From positions 1,120,001-1,184,000 of the forward strand of contig OZ245040.1 in the NCBI GenBank assembly GCA_965224195.1: a DNA stretch of 64,000 nucleotides. The letters are read 5' to 3'. This document shows positions 9,827 through 20,161 of this stretch, piece after piece; the first letter of the stretch is position 1; every line of letters begins with the position of its first letter. Below the pieces are notes generated by a model. It was given only the letters and a program-made list of their open reading frames with translations, made no database searches and was not told the origin of the DNA. The DNA is from Nitrosopumilus sp. (GTDB lineage Archaea; Thermoproteota; Nitrososphaeria; Nitrososphaerales; Nitrosopumilaceae). Both the position numbers and the translations under genes were made by a program.

Positions 9827-10474
9827 ATGGGTTCAGAAAAGAATGGGGAGAGAATTTATCCATTAGGGTACGAACCTCAAGAAACATCTGATGTAGTAGA
9901 TGACAATGTTCGAAATAATTTACTTGATTTTATTTTAAAATCTGGACCTAGTGAAGTTGTAGATACTGACTTGTTTGCTGTAATGGCAAAAAGACGCTCT
10001 ACAAGAAAATTTTCAGATAAACCTGTTGAAACTACAAAAATTGATAAAATAATTGCAGCAGCTGATACTGCTCCAACTGCTGGTAATTTTCAAGGGTTTG
10101 AAATATTCTATGTAAAAAGTCCTGAAAAGAAAAAACTTCTAGTTGAGGCATGTAACAAACAGCCATACGTTAATGCGCCTGTGGTCCTTGTTTTCTGTAA
10201 AAATCCTTCCAGGGTAAAATTTGATTTCCCTGATTATATTTTGAAAAAATTTGCCATCCAAGATGCCACTTTAGCTGCAGGATATTCCCAGCTTGCAGCA
10301 CAGGCTTTGGGGTTGAGTTCTATTTGGATAGGAATGTTTGATGAACAAAAAGTGATGGATGTCATAGAAACTGATCTTGTACCTTCATCTGTCTTGTGTA
10401 TTGGATATCCCGAACAAACTAAATTCCCAAAACCCCGAAGAAATCTCAAAGATTTGGTACATGTAACTTGGTAA
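9827..10474 (+). CDS. Nitroreductase family protein
   Basis: RRSTRKFSDKPV, APTAGNFQ, LAAQALGLSSIWIG, LCIGYP. Confidence 0.92.
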   Translation: MGSEKNGERIYPLGYEPQETSDVVDDNVRNNLLDFILKSGPSEVVDTDLFAVMAKRRSTRKFSDKPVETTKIDKIIAAADTAPTAGNFQGFEIFYVKSPEKKKLLVEACNKQPYVNAPVVLVFCKNPSRVKFDFPDYILKKFAIQDATLAAGYSQLAAQALGLSSIWIGMFDEQKVMDVIETDLVPSSVLCIGYPEQTKFPKPRRNLKDLVHVTW

Positions 10475-10526
10475 GTTTTGTCTAAAATTCTCCATCTTTA
10501 AATAATCATAGTTTATTGTTTAGTTC

Positions 10527-10760
10527 ATGACTGATGCATATGTAATGCTAAATTGTGAACTTGGTGCTGAAACTGCAATTATAGAACAGCTCAAAGAACT
10601 TGAACAAGTAGTTGATGTCTTTGAAACCATTGGAACGCATGATATGATGGTAAAATTACAAGCAGAAAATTTTGAAAAAATCCGAGAGATTGTTTCATGG
10701 AATATTCAAAAACTAAAGAACGTACGTGCTACTTCAACTCTGATTAAAAAAGATAATTAA
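10527..10760 (+). CDS. Lrp/AsnC ligand-binding-domain protein
   Basis: AYVMLNCELG, TIGTHDMMVKL, TSTLI. Confidence 0.88.
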   Translation: MTDAYVMLNCELGAETAIIEQLKELEQVVDVFETIGTHDMMVKLQAENFEKIREIVSWNIQKLKNVRATSTLIKKDN

Positions 10761-10782
10761 GAATAGGGTCTTAGTAATTCTA

Positions 10783-10959
10783 ATGGTTGATGAGAAAAAT
10801 GAAATCGAAAAATTAATTGATAATATGATTTCTAGTGGTGATGAATTAGTTGATAATCTCAAATCTGTTTTGCCTAATTCTTTATCTGAATCAATGGTGA
10901 TGTTTCATGAAACAAACGTTACAAATCTCAAAAAGATCAAAGAATTTTTGAATAAATAG
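10783..10959 (+). CDS. Small helical hypothetical protein (58 aa; not in ORF track)
   Basis: MVDEKNEIEKLIDNMISSGDELVDNLK...KEFLNK*; fills the intergenic gap in operon orientation. Confidence 0.65.
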   Translation: MVDEKNEIEKLIDNMISSGDELVDNLKSVLPNSLSESMVMFHETNVTNLKKIKEFLNK

Positions 10960-11025
10960 TCCTAGTAGTACTGAGCCTAATGATTGCTACTATATCCTTT
11001 TTAATCATTATTTGATTTTCATGTC

Positions 11026-11406
11026 ATGGGCAGATCAAGAACTATTTCCATCACTGTGGAAAAGAAAACAGGGGATGCATTTGATGCAATTTTGAAGATA
11101 CCTCCAAAGATGATGCCTGATGCAAAAATCGACAATTCTAGTTGGTGGTCATTCACTGGACCTCATGGAAAATCAATGCTAAAATTTAATGAAAATAAAT
11201 CGCTTGGAATTTTGGACCACCAATACATTGATGAGGAATCCAAATGGGATGTGCCAATGAGAGTTGTTTCAAACGGTGATGTTTCTGAAGTTGTAATTAC
11301 TTTGAACAAACCTGATGAAATTACTGATGAGAAATTTGATCAAAGAATGCAAAAACTTGGTGAGATGTTCAATTCAATGAAAAACATCATAGAGTCTGAG
11401 TCTTAG
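11026..11406 (+). CDS. SRPBCC/polyketide-cyclase-like protein
   Basis: SRTISITVE, LGILDH, VPMRVVSNG, C-terminal helix. Confidence 0.75.
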   Translation: MGRSRTISITVEKKTGDAFDAILKIPPKMMPDAKIDNSSWWSFTGPHGKSMLKFNENKSLGILDHQYIDEESKWDVPMRVVSNGDVSEVVITLNKPDEITDEKFDQRMQKLGEMFNSMKNIIESES

Positions 11407-11563
11407 AATTTGGTCTTTAGTTAAGCCTGAACAAGTACAAATTATTCTTCAAGCTTAAATGTGAATTTTGTAATATAGAATAGAGAAAAAATGCCGTATG
11501 AAGAACATATTTCCAGAAAATGGAAGATGAAAAATCAGAGAAACTAAAGTCTAAAAAACAGGA

Positions 11564-11908
11564 TTAATCCTTGTCTGGATTATTGGAATTGTCATTTTGA
11601 TTATTTCCAGGGCCTATAATGTCTTCCGGTTTAACTTTGTTATCCCAGTTTCCTCTAACACCTTTAATTAGAGAAATGACTCCAGCTACAATGAATCCTA
11701 AAACTAGTCCAAAGAAAACAGTTTGATCAAATATCTTAAATGAACAATTGATTTCTACTGGAGGGATATCATCAGAATACTCGTAACATGTTCCAAATTC
11801 ATTTGATTCTAGAGTGGCAGCTTGAAAATTATGGCCAAATCCGCCTAGGATAAGAAATCCTACAAAAACTAGGGCGATACCTGCAATGATAAATCTCATG
11901 TCACTCAT
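11564..11908 (-). CDS. Two-TM membrane protein
   Basis: Two hydrophobic segments flanking a C-x12-C loop. Confidence 0.7.
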   Translation of the reverse strand: MSDMRFIIAGIALVFVGFLILGGFGHNFQAATLESNEFGTCYEYSDDIPPVEINCSFKIFDQTVFFGLVLGFIVAGVISLIKGVRGNWDNKVKPEDIIGPGNNQNDNSNNPDKD

Positions 11909-11961
11909 AATTTTTTTCCTGATTTGTTGTATTTACATTTTGACCTTGGAATGCACTGGTG

Positions 11962-12414
11962 TTATTTTTCAAGAGATGCTTTGAGATTCTCAAGTGATGC
12001 TTCATAAAATGCTGCCATGAACACTATGAAATCTAAAAATTCTTTTTCAGACATTTTTTCACTGTTGAGATATGATTGCCATGTCAACTCTACAAGATTT
12101 TTAGATTTTGGTTTAATTGAAATTGTTGCAATATATACTCTTAATGGTAGTCCTTCAGTTGCGATATATGTGAAATATTCTCCTTTTTTCCATGCAACCA
12201 CATGTTCTTCAATTTGATTTCCATCTTCAAATGTAATCAATCTAATGGCTCCTACGTCTGTTTTCTTTTTTGATAGGTATACTGTTTTTTTAACATCAAC
12301 AACCCATGTTGGCAACCCTACAATGTTGCTAATTTTTCTCCAAACCCTGTCTTTTGATGCTTTGATCTTGATTGTTTTTTTAACAGTTCTAGTGTGAAAT
12401 GACTTTTTTACCAT
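11962..12414 (-). CDS. SRPBCC (MxaD-like) protein
   Basis: IKIKASKDRVWRKISN..LPTW, VGAIRLITF, LENLKASLE; likely start MVKKSF at 12414. Confidence 0.82.
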   Translation of the reverse strand: MVKKSFHTRTVKKTIKIKASKDRVWRKISNIVGLPTWVVDVKKTVYLSKKKTDVGAIRLITFEDGNQIEEHVVAWKKGEYFTYIATEGLPLRVYIATISIKPKSKNLVELTWQSYLNSEKMSEKEFLDFIVFMAAFYEASLENLKASLEK

Positions 12415-12491
12415 GCTCCTATCAGGATATTGCTGAATTTTAAATTTTAGTTGAACAACCATTTTTAATCCCCTGAAGAGAAAGATATCAA

Positions 12492-13772
12492 ATGGTCTTT
12501 GGATGGGGGAAAAAGAAACAAGAAGAAACACCTATTGATGAAATCCCACAAAATAAGGAAATTTCACTTGCCGATGTTCCTAAAATTCTATCTGATCTTA
12601 GTGCTTTGAGAAAATCTCAAACTTTATCTGAAATAAATAATTTGAGAAACAAAACTGCTCCTCTCATTGAAGAATTAATGAAAATAGGAAATGTTCTTGA
12701 AAAAGATAATCTCAACATGGATGATGTAGATAAACATCTTGCAATTATCGTGGTTAGAGGTAAAAAGCAAGTTATTGATATGATCAAAAAAGATGTTGTT
12801 TCATTACCAAAAATATCTAGTTTTGAGGATGCTGAAAAACTAAATTCTGCATTAAATCTTATTCTTAAAAAAGTGGGTGATGTCTTGGGACGTCAAACTA
12901 GAGTAATCCATATTTTTGCTAAAAAATATGCGGGGCAATTAAAATCAAATCTTGCACTCATGAATTCTAATCATTCTGAAATTAGTGATTTATTGAAAAA
13001 TTATGATTCTACAAAGTCTCTTTCTGAAGAAACACTTGATATAATTAACCAAATCAAAAACTTTACAGAGGTACGTCAAGAACAATCTGAAAAAATTGAT
13101 AGTATTTCAAAAAATACAATTGTAATAAATGAAAAAATATCTACAATTCAGAACAATATCGATGAGATAAAGTCCTCTGATAATTACAAAAAATACCAAA
13201 ATTTGAAAAAGACTTTGGATGAATATGTTAATGAAAAATCAAAAATCAAAAATCAAATTAACACGCAATTTACAAAAATTTCCCGCCCTCTTAGTAGATA
13301 TGAATATGCCTCATCATTGGATAAGGATCAAAAAAATATTTTATCCAACTTAGTCTCTGAGCCATTTGATGTATTGACTGCAGCAAATAAAGATTCTATT
13401 GTAACTATACTTGAAAATATTCGAAAAGGAATTTCATCTGGTTCTATTTCTGTAAAGGATATTGAGAAAACATATTCTCAGATAACTGAAACTGAAGAAT
13501 CCTTAGATGGATTTGTACGCCAAGTTTCAGAATACCATAAAAAATATCAAGAGATACAAAATGAACTGAATTCTCTAATGCCTAGAGATTTGATTTCATT
13601 GGAAAGTGATCTTACCAAAAATACTTCCACATTAGATGAGTCTCAACTGAAATCTGAAACTTTTCAAGGTGAAATTAATGAAATTGATTCAAAAATCCCT
13701 GAACTAGTCTCTGAAATTGAACAAAAACTAAGACAATTTTCTAATACTAGATACACTATTTTAGCATCCTAA
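12492..13772 (+). CDS. Coiled-coil hypothetical protein
   Basis: 426-aa K/E/S-rich heptad pattern; no ATPase motif seen. Confidence 0.75.
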   Translation: MVFGWGKKKQEETPIDEIPQNKEISLADVPKILSDLSALRKSQTLSEINNLRNKTAPLIEELMKIGNVLEKDNLNMDDVDKHLAIIVVRGKKQVIDMIKKDVVSLPKISSFEDAEKLNSALNLILKKVGDVLGRQTRVIHIFAKKYAGQLKSNLALMNSNHSEISDLLKNYDSTKSLSEETLDIINQIKNFTEVRQEQSEKIDSISKNTIVINEKISTIQNNIDEIKSSDNYKKYQNLKKTLDEYVNEKSKIKNQINTQFTKISRPLSRYEYASSLDKDQKNILSNLVSEPFDVLTAANKDSIVTILENIRKGISSGSISVKDIEKTYSQITETEESLDGFVRQVSEYHKKYQEIQNELNSLMPRDLISLESDLTKNTSTLDESQLKSETFQGEINEIDSKIPELVSEIEQKLRQFSNTRYTILAS

Positions 13773-13803
13773 AATTAAATTAGTTCTAAACTGGATACTT
13801 GGT

Positions 13804-14202
13804 GTGTTATTCAAAAAGAAAAAATTTGAACGTAAAGTTCTATTGAAAAAAAAAGTTCTTGATAGCATATTGTCATTTTGTCAAATGAAACATCCCAATG
13901 AAGGAATTTTAATTTTAAAAGGAAAATCAAAAAATGGTGAAATCAAAATAGATGGATTAGTAATTCCACCATTTAGTGAAACCGGGCCTACTTTTGCAGG
14001 ATTTCCACATTCGTTCTTACCGTTTGATATGAGTTATGTGGGAATTATTCATTCTCACCCAAGTGGTTCTGCAGAACCTTCTGTAACTGATTTACATAAT
14101 TTCTTTGGATTAGTTTCAATGATTGTCAAATCTCCCTATGATGATGATTCAATTTTTGCATGGGATAGTAATGGAAATGCTATTCCACTTTCTATTGAAT
14201 AA
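13804..14202 (+). CDS. JAMM/MPN+ metalloisopeptidase
   Basis: PNE and HSHPSGSAEPSVTD (E..HxH-x7-S-x2-D). Confidence 0.9.
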   Translation: MLFKKKKFERKVLLKKKVLDSILSFCQMKHPNEGILILKGKSKNGEIKIDGLVIPPFSETGPTFAGFPHSFLPFDMSYVGIIHSHPSGSAEPSVTDLHNFFGLVSMIVKSPYDDDSIFAWDSNGNAIPLSIE

Positions 14203-14279
14203 TTTTACAAAAAACCTGCTGACCAGCCTGAAGAAAACTGAAGAAACTTTATAACCGTTTTAAAGTTACTTTTGTTGAA

Positions 14280-14612
14280 TTGAATCCTCAGCTTAAACGA
14301 TATTATCTTTTCCTAGGTGCTTCTTTGGTATTTAGTATTGGTTTACAAATTGGTCTTGGTTACCTTGGTGTTCCATGGTATATCAGCATAGGTGCAGTAA
14401 TGGCGATTTTCATTTTACTACCTATGATCATGAGAAGAAGACAAATGAGTAATGCTGGCAATTATGGTGGAGATTCAGGAACTGGTGGCGGATTCTTTGG
14501 TTCCCAAGGCGGTTCTAGTGGAATTCGATATGTTTGCCTTGTTTGTAACAACAAACACAAAGGTGGTACTTGTCCACGGTGTGGTTCCAAAATGCAAAAA
14601 GCCGATTTTTAG
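14280..14612 (+). CDS. Membrane protein with C-terminal zinc ribbon
   Basis: Two TM segments, Gly-rich linker, CLVC..CPRCGS. Confidence 0.75.
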   Translation: MNPQLKRYYLFLGASLVFSIGLQIGLGYLGVPWYISIGAVMAIFILLPMIMRRRQMSNAGNYGGDSGTGGGFFGSQGGSSGIRYVCLVCNNKHKGGTCPRCGSKMQKADF

Positions 14613-14622
14613 TTGATGCAAA

Positions 14623-14940
14623 ATGGCGTTAGAAGAATTAAGAAAAAAAGTTCTCTATCAAAACTCTATTGAAATATGGATTGGAATAAGTAAGGAAAAA
14701 AACATAGACTGGGTTGACACTGATAACTACCAAAAGTTCATAGCATTTCTTTTAAAAAATAACCAAAACATGAAACAAATGTCCATCTGTTTTGATGAAT
14801 CCGATAAAGCATCTGACGGTGGTCACAGCAAAAAAGTATTTGCTAACAATTTGGCAGCAATCAATAATGAAAATTCTGCATGCTATTCAATAAAATTGAA
14901 TGATGGTGCTATTGAATTAATTCGAAAATTTGATCTCTAA
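14623..14940 (+). CDS. Hypothetical protein
   Basis: 105-aa ORF in operon spacing. Confidence 0.65.
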   Translation: MALEELRKKVLYQNSIEIWIGISKEKNIDWVDTDNYQKFIAFLLKNNQNMKQMSICFDESDKASDGGHSKKVFANNLAAINNENSACYSIKLNDGAIELIRKFDL

Positions 14941-14945
14941 TTTTA

Positions 14946-16313
14946 TTATCTTTTCAATTTTGGGTTAACTATTGCATCAAGTGCATTGCCGATAAATACA
15001 AAAGATAATCCTGTAATTGCAATCATTATTCCTGGTGGCATTATCCACCACCACAATCCTCTAGCTGCTGCTCCAAACGTATTGGCGTCATGTAATATTT
15101 GTCCCCATGTGGGAAATGACGGATCCCCCAACCCTAGAAAACTTAATCCTGCTTCAGTTGTAATTGCGGCTGGAACTGAAATTGCAATACTTGCAAAAGC
15201 ATATGGCAATAATTGTGGAACAATATGTTTTAGAACAATTTTAGAGTCTTTCTGACCCATCATGTTTGCAGCATCTACATAGTCTCGGGTTTTGATTTGA
15301 AGAGACATACTTCTTGCCACTTTAGCAATGCCTACCCATCCAAAAATCATCAAAAACCCAACCATGACAAAAATACTGTTACTAATTGTAACTGAGAGAA
15401 TAATCAAAAATGGAAGTGCTGGCAAGGCGTAAATCACATCGTTAAATCTCATCATGGTCTCATCTGTTTTCTTGCCTTTGTATCCTGCATACACACCATA
15501 AAGCAAACCTGCCACAACTGATGCTATTGAAACTACTAATCCGATGAACAGTGCAAGGGGTGTTCCCCATAGAAGTCCAATTGCTAAATCTCGTCGTAAC
15601 TCATCAGTTCCCATTATTCCAAATGCCTTTCCACCGATGATTAATTTTGATTCATGAATTTGGGTTTCAGAATTTACTCCATACATGTCAATAGTAAAAA
15701 TATAATTTCCTTTCAATGGCTCATTTGTACCAATTTTAGAAAAAACAATGTTTTCTGCAGATAGTCTTTCAAACACAAACTCAAATTTTTCTGATTGCAA
15801 AAACAGGTTTTTCTTTATAGAATTATCTGTAGAGAAAATTCTTTCACTGTGTATTGTTTTTCCATCTGAATGTGGAAGTGATGTTGTTATCAAATCAAGT
15901 TTAACTCCATCTGGTCTAATTACTGACATTTGTAGAAGTGGCGAACCCGAATACTCTGAAGAGAATTCATAGATGAAATCATTAGGAAAATCATCATAAT
16001 CAAAATTTAATCCAAAATTATGTGATGTGAGATTTATTTCATCAACTGATATTTTTTCAATGTTTGGATTTTCCAAAATTTTATGTTCGGGGATTTTTTC
16101 AGTCATGAAAATATTTACCCATATTGGAATTGCTACTTTGGGATTTGAAATCCAATTACCTGGATTGTTCCACTCTTGAAATATTTCAACAGGAATGCTG
16201 ATTATTGTTATGACTGAGGTTATGACTAGAATTGAAAGAATTGTAATTCCTACAATTCCCATCTTGCTTTTCATGAATTCTTGCTTTATTTCATGAGGTG
16301 TGATGTTGCTCAT
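14946..16313 (-). CDS. dppC: Peptide/nickel ABC transporter permease (DppC/OppC type)
   Basis: MGTDELRRD, DYVDAANMMG EAA-like loop, TEAGLSFLGLG, PTWG. Confidence 0.88.
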   Translation of the reverse strand: MSNITPHEIKQEFMKSKMGIVGITILSILVITSVITIISIPVEIFQEWNNPGNWISNPKVAIPIWVNIFMTEKIPEHKILENPNIEKISVDEINLTSHNFGLNFDYDDFPNDFIYEFSSEYSGSPLLQMSVIRPDGVKLDLITTSLPHSDGKTIHSERIFSTDNSIKKNLFLQSEKFEFVFERLSAENIVFSKIGTNEPLKGNYIFTIDMYGVNSETQIHESKLIIGGKAFGIMGTDELRRDLAIGLLWGTPLALFIGLVVSIASVVAGLLYGVYAGYKGKKTDETMMRFNDVIYALPALPFLIILSVTISNSIFVMVGFLMIFGWVGIAKVARSMSLQIKTRDYVDAANMMGQKDSKIVLKHIVPQLLPYAFASIAISVPAAITTEAGLSFLGLGDPSFPTWGQILHDANTFGAAARGLWWWIMPPGIMIAITGLSFVFIGNALDAIVNPKLKR

Positions 16314-17365
16314 TGTCCAGTTCTCACTCTAGGATCAAAGTAGCCATAAAGCAAATCTGCAATAAATATGCTGATTAGAAAAAATACTGTTAGTAGGTAT
16401 GTTGCACCGATGATGACCGGTAAATCCATTACCGTAATTGCTTCAAAGTATAATCTTCCCATTCCTGGCCAATCAAAAACAGCTTCTGTAATTATTGCTC
16501 CGCCTAAAGACCCTGACAAACTAAGAGCTAGAATTGTAACAATTGGCGGTGCTGCATTTTTGAGTGCATGTGTATAGATAATCTTTTTTTGTTTAATCCC
16601 AATAGTTTTTTTTGCTATGATGAAATCTTCTTGCATAATCCCTACCATGAAATTTCTTACTAAATATGCCCATGAACCAAATCCAATCATTACAATTGTG
16701 ATTAATGGTAATGCCATGTGGTATAGTAGAGATACAAGATATGATGGATCTGATGATGGGATATCTGGTGTTGCTCTTGCTGGAAATATTTGCCATGTAA
16801 ATGCAAATAGAAAGATCATCAACATTCCTATCCACCATACAGGAAAACTAGAACTAATTATTGCAAAACTTGAAGTAATTCTATCAATTGTAGAGCCAAC
16901 TTTACTGCTAGAAAAAGCACCCAGGAATATTCCTATAATTGATATGATTATGGTAGCAGTTGTAAATAACAAAACTGTTCTGGGGAGTTTCTCAAATAAG
17001 ATGTCTTTTACATCTGAAGATCCTTCATCACTAGTTAGAAATGTTGCATTTCCAAAATCCAATAGCATTATTTTGTACATTGTTACCCCTATCCTTTGAG
17101 GTGAATACCACGGTTCATCCAGCCCTAAAACTTGTATTCTTTGATCAATTTGATTTTGAATGAACCCTTCAAATTCATCTACTGATGAGAAACTTTCTGC
17201 AATGGCTGGATTTTCTGTTATTTCAGATCTTACTTGAAAAACGATTCCTTGTTTTAGAATAATATCCATATTGGAGCCTACTAATACAATTGTAATAAAT
17301 AATGTAATCATCAAAACCCCGAACATTGTAGCCATTCGTGTGGCGATGTATTTTTTCATGCCCAA
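16310..17365 (-). CDS. dppB: Peptide/nickel ABC transporter permease (DppB/OppB type)
   Basis: LGLDEP, LDFG, HALKNA, ITEAVFDWPGMG, DLLYGYFDPRVR. Confidence 0.9.
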   Translation of the reverse strand: MGMKKYIATRMATMFGVLMITLFITIVLVGSNMDIILKQGIVFQVRSEITENPAIAESFSSVDEFEGFIQNQIDQRIQVLGLDEPWYSPQRIGVTMYKIMLLDFGNATFLTSDEGSSDVKDILFEKLPRTVLLFTTATIIISIIGIFLGAFSSSKVGSTIDRITSSFAIISSSFPVWWIGMLMIFLFAFTWQIFPARATPDIPSSDPSYLVSLLYHMALPLITIVMIGFGSWAYLVRNFMVGIMQEDFIIAKKTIGIKQKKIIYTHALKNAAPPIVTILALSLSGSLGGAIITEAVFDWPGMGRLYFEAITVMDLPVIIGATYLLTVFFLISIFIADLLYGYFDPRVRTGQ

Positions 17366-17444
17366 TAATCTGACAGTAGAGAATTAGTTTATAACAATAG
17401 ATGTTTTTTCCCACAGTTTATTACTACACAATAATATTGAGATT

Positions 17445-17813
17445 TTGAAAGACATGTCCTTTGATAGAGAAGAAAGAGAAATGCACACCGCTACATGTGG
17501 TGACTGTGGAAATGAATGTCAAGTACCATTCAAACCAAAAGAAGACAGACCTGTTTATTGCAGAGAATGCTTCCAAAGCCACAAACCTGAACCAAGACAA
17601 GGTGGGGGTAGATTTGGTGGAAGATCCGGCGGTGGAAGATCTGGCGGATTTGGTGGAGATAGAGGTTCTAGATTTGGTAATCGCGACGACAGACCACGAG
17701 AAATGCATGACGCAAAATGTGGTGACTGTGGAAATGAATGTCAAGTACCATTCAAACCAAAAGAAGACAGACCTGTTTATTGCAGAGAATGCTTCCAAAG
17801 CCACAAAAATTAG
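17445..17813 (+). CDS. Tandem CxxC-x17-CxxC zinc-finger protein with RGG linker
   Basis: Two copies of CGDCGNECQVPFKPKEDRPVYCRECF separated by a GGR-rich tract. Confidence 0.9.
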   Translation: MKDMSFDREEREMHTATCGDCGNECQVPFKPKEDRPVYCRECFQSHKPEPRQGGGRFGGRSGGGRSGGFGGDRGSRFGNRDDRPREMHDAKCGDCGNECQVPFKPKEDRPVYCRECFQSHKN

Positions 17814-17878
17814 AAATACCGTTTTGAGTAAATTTCAAAACTCCTTTATTTTATAAAACAAAGATTTAGAATCTTTCA

Positions 17879-18088
17879 TTGTTGCTAAATCTCATGAATG
17901 GTATTCCTCCAAGAAATAAAATTTTAATTGGTATGATGGTTGAAATTGTTCAAAAACAAGATCAACGTTCAGGACAATTAACTTCTGGAACTGTTAAGCG
18001 AATCCTTACGTCAAGTCATATTCATCCCCATGGAATTAAAGTTGAATTAGATTCTGGTAAAATTGGTAGAGTTCAAAAAATATCTTAA
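17879..18088 (+). CDS. YwbE (DUF2196) family protein
   Basis: KQDQRSGQLTSGTVKRILT..HPHGIKVEL..GRVQ. Confidence 0.88.
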   Translation: MLLNLMNGIPPRNKILIGMMVEIVQKQDQRSGQLTSGTVKRILTSSHIHPHGIKVELDSGKIGRVQKIS

Positions 18089-18091
18089 TTT

Positions 18092-18156
18092 AAAAAAAAA
18101 CGAGAGTGAAACGAATTCTAGGCTTAACTAAGGCCACAAAGCAATTCTCTCGTCAT
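18092..18156 (-). ncRNA. Candidate small structured RNA
   Basis: TATA-like TTTAAA 18179-18184 about 23 nt upstream; closing stem CGAGAG/CTCTCG (18147-18152 with 18101-18106); ends in T9; only a 10-codon ORF. Confidence 0.4.
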
Positions 18157-18240
18157 AGTTTTATACGCGATCATAGAATTTAAACATTGTATGAATATAT
18201 GAAAAATAACAGATAAAACTTTGAGATTTATTGATTTTGT

Positions 18241-18483
18241 ATGAGTGCTAATACGATTAGAAAAGCAAAAAAGCTTGTTGAAAGCGGTGGAGTTGTAAAA
18301 ATTGAAGATGATTTATTTCAAATAAAATCTTCATCTGATCCTGAAAAATCTTACTTTGTAACATCTGATACTTGTGAATGTCCTGGTTTCAAAAATTTTT
18401 ATAAATTTCATCATGGAAAAGGTTTGAAGGCAAATTGCTCTCATTTAGAGGCGATTAGAATATTCAAAGAAGATTCTGATTAG
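18241..18483 (+). CDS. SWIM zinc-finger protein
   Basis: CECPGF...CSH. Confidence 0.82.
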   Translation: MSANTIRKAKKLVESGGVVKIEDDLFQIKSSSDPEKSYFVTSDTCECPGFKNFYKFHHGKGLKANCSHLEAIRIFKEDSD

Positions 18484-18484
18484 A

Positions 18485-18820
18485 TTATTTCAAATCTTTT
18501 ACATCTAATTTTCCAACATGTGCTTTGTTTTTAGTAATTACGATTGGTCGTAAAATTAAACCTGGATACTTTACCATTAATTTGATTAATTGAATATCTG
18601 ATTTTTTGATATTATCCAAGTCTAACTCTTTGTACATTTTGTCTCTTTTCCGTAACATCTCATGTGGTCTTTTGTCTGTCATTTTGATGATTTTTTTTAA
18701 TTCAGACTCTGTAAAAGGATCTTTAAAGAAATCACGTGCTTCTACATCTATTTTCATTCTCTCAATGCTTGAGATTACCTTTTTGCATGTAATGCAGGTT
18801 GATTTGTGATATATTTTCAA
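18485..18820 (-). CDS. ArsC/Spx family thioredoxin-fold protein
   Basis: IYHKSTCITCKK, PGLILRPIV. Confidence 0.88.
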   Translation of the reverse strand: MKIYHKSTCITCKKVISSIERMKIDVEARDFFKDPFTESELKKIIKMTDKRPHEMLRKRDKMYKELDLDNIKKSDIQLIKLMVKYPGLILRPIVITKNKAHVGKLDVKDLK

Positions 18821-18875
18821 TCTGTTTTAATTTTTCATTTAGATTAAAATTTGTTTAGAAAAATGAAAAACATTG

Positions 18876-19043
18876 CTATGCACAGCAAATTGATTTTTTG
18901 AAATCTTCTGAATTCCTTTCAAAATTACATTCTTTACATACTTGCAAGCTTCTTTTTTTGAGGATTGAGAATGATACATCATATGATACTGAATACATTT
19001 TTCCGCCACATGAAGGACACGGTAATGGAATATCTATTTTCAT
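18876..19043 (-). CDS. Small zinc-ribbon protein (55 aa; not in ORF track)
   Basis: MKIDIPLPCPSCGGKM...VCKECNFER...ICCA*. Confidence 0.7.
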   Translation of the reverse strand: MKIDIPLPCPSCGGKMYSVSYDVSFSILKKRSLQVCKECNFERNSEDFKKSICCA

Positions 19044-19097
19044 CAATTTTTAATGCTTAATTTTGAATATAAGGTCCGCGTAGAATTTATCAATTGT

Positions 19098-20008
19098 TCA
19101 TTCTTCGCTGGTTTGATTTTTTAATTCTTCTTCAGAATCCTCTAAACTTGTTTCATTGAATTCCTCAAGTATTTCTTTAGGAATTGATATTCTGTCTAGA
19201 TATGCTTGTCTTGCTTCATTGTATTTCCTCCGTTTTCTAAAATTTCATTTCTGATTTTCTGAGCATCTAAAAAGTTGTTCTGAGTAAAGTTCAATTGATT
19301 AGATACCAAATCTCTGATTTCTGGCTCTAGGCCTGCAATGTAGTTTTCATACTGGTATCCACCATAGGTGCCATAACCTGGTTTGTATTCCTCAATTACT
19401 TGGTTTCTAAGATTTTCAGCAATTCTTCTTTGTTGTTCTAAAAATATCTCTTCTTCATTTGGTTCTTGGGATTTTTTCTTTTCAGTAATTAATTGGTCAT
19501 GTAATTCATAATAATATTTGAATAAAGTTTGACCTATTGGATTCTTTTCAAAATCGCTTTCATTTGAGCCAAGATATTTTCTTGCTTGATCTGTTGATAA
19601 TTGTTGTTGTAATATTGAGATTGGACTGGCATCTCCTTTAACTTGAAATTCAGTATATGCTAATCCTGCCATACCGCCCCATGATGCAACTGCGTTAACG
19701 GTATATGTCCCTAGTACTCTTTGAAAATCCACAAACTGTGCTTTAAATTCACCTGCAGGATTTGTGAATGCTTTAGTGGTATCTGTCCCTGTTCTAACTA
19801 AAACTTCTACGCTTCTAGCAGGATGATATGCGTGGTCTACTACTCTCCCAGTAACGACTACTGTATCTCCAGAGTGTATGGTGTCTTTTTCCATGTCTAA
19901 TTCTACGATAAAATCCCAAAGCACTGCCTGGGAAGTTGGAATAAATGAAAATAAAATAACAAATGAGCACAGTCCTATTACTATGGCTTTATCATTATAC
20001 ACATCCAC
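19098..20008 (-). pseudogene. Secreted Ig-like/carboxypeptidase-regulatory-like protein with 3' frameshift
   Basis: Signal peptide, GDTVVVTGRVVD..GTYTVNA; near 19225 the frame shifts and another frame continues YNEARQAYLDRISIPKEILEEF..EE* to 19098. Confidence 0.7.
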
Positions 20009-20161
20009 TTATTTTGATTTTTGCAGTTAAGACAAAGTATGAATAAAAATTTGCTAATTTTCAATTTTAATTGAGTAATTTTACTTGGTTTAAGCCCTGA
20101 GACTGTCAATTTAACAATCCCTACTAATTCTTAAACCCTTACAATCACTCTATCTTAAATC

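Noticed and set aside
17494-17805. Long near-perfect direct repeat as a mobile/CRISPR feature
   Set aside because: Fully explained by the two CxxC-x17-CxxC domains of one protein
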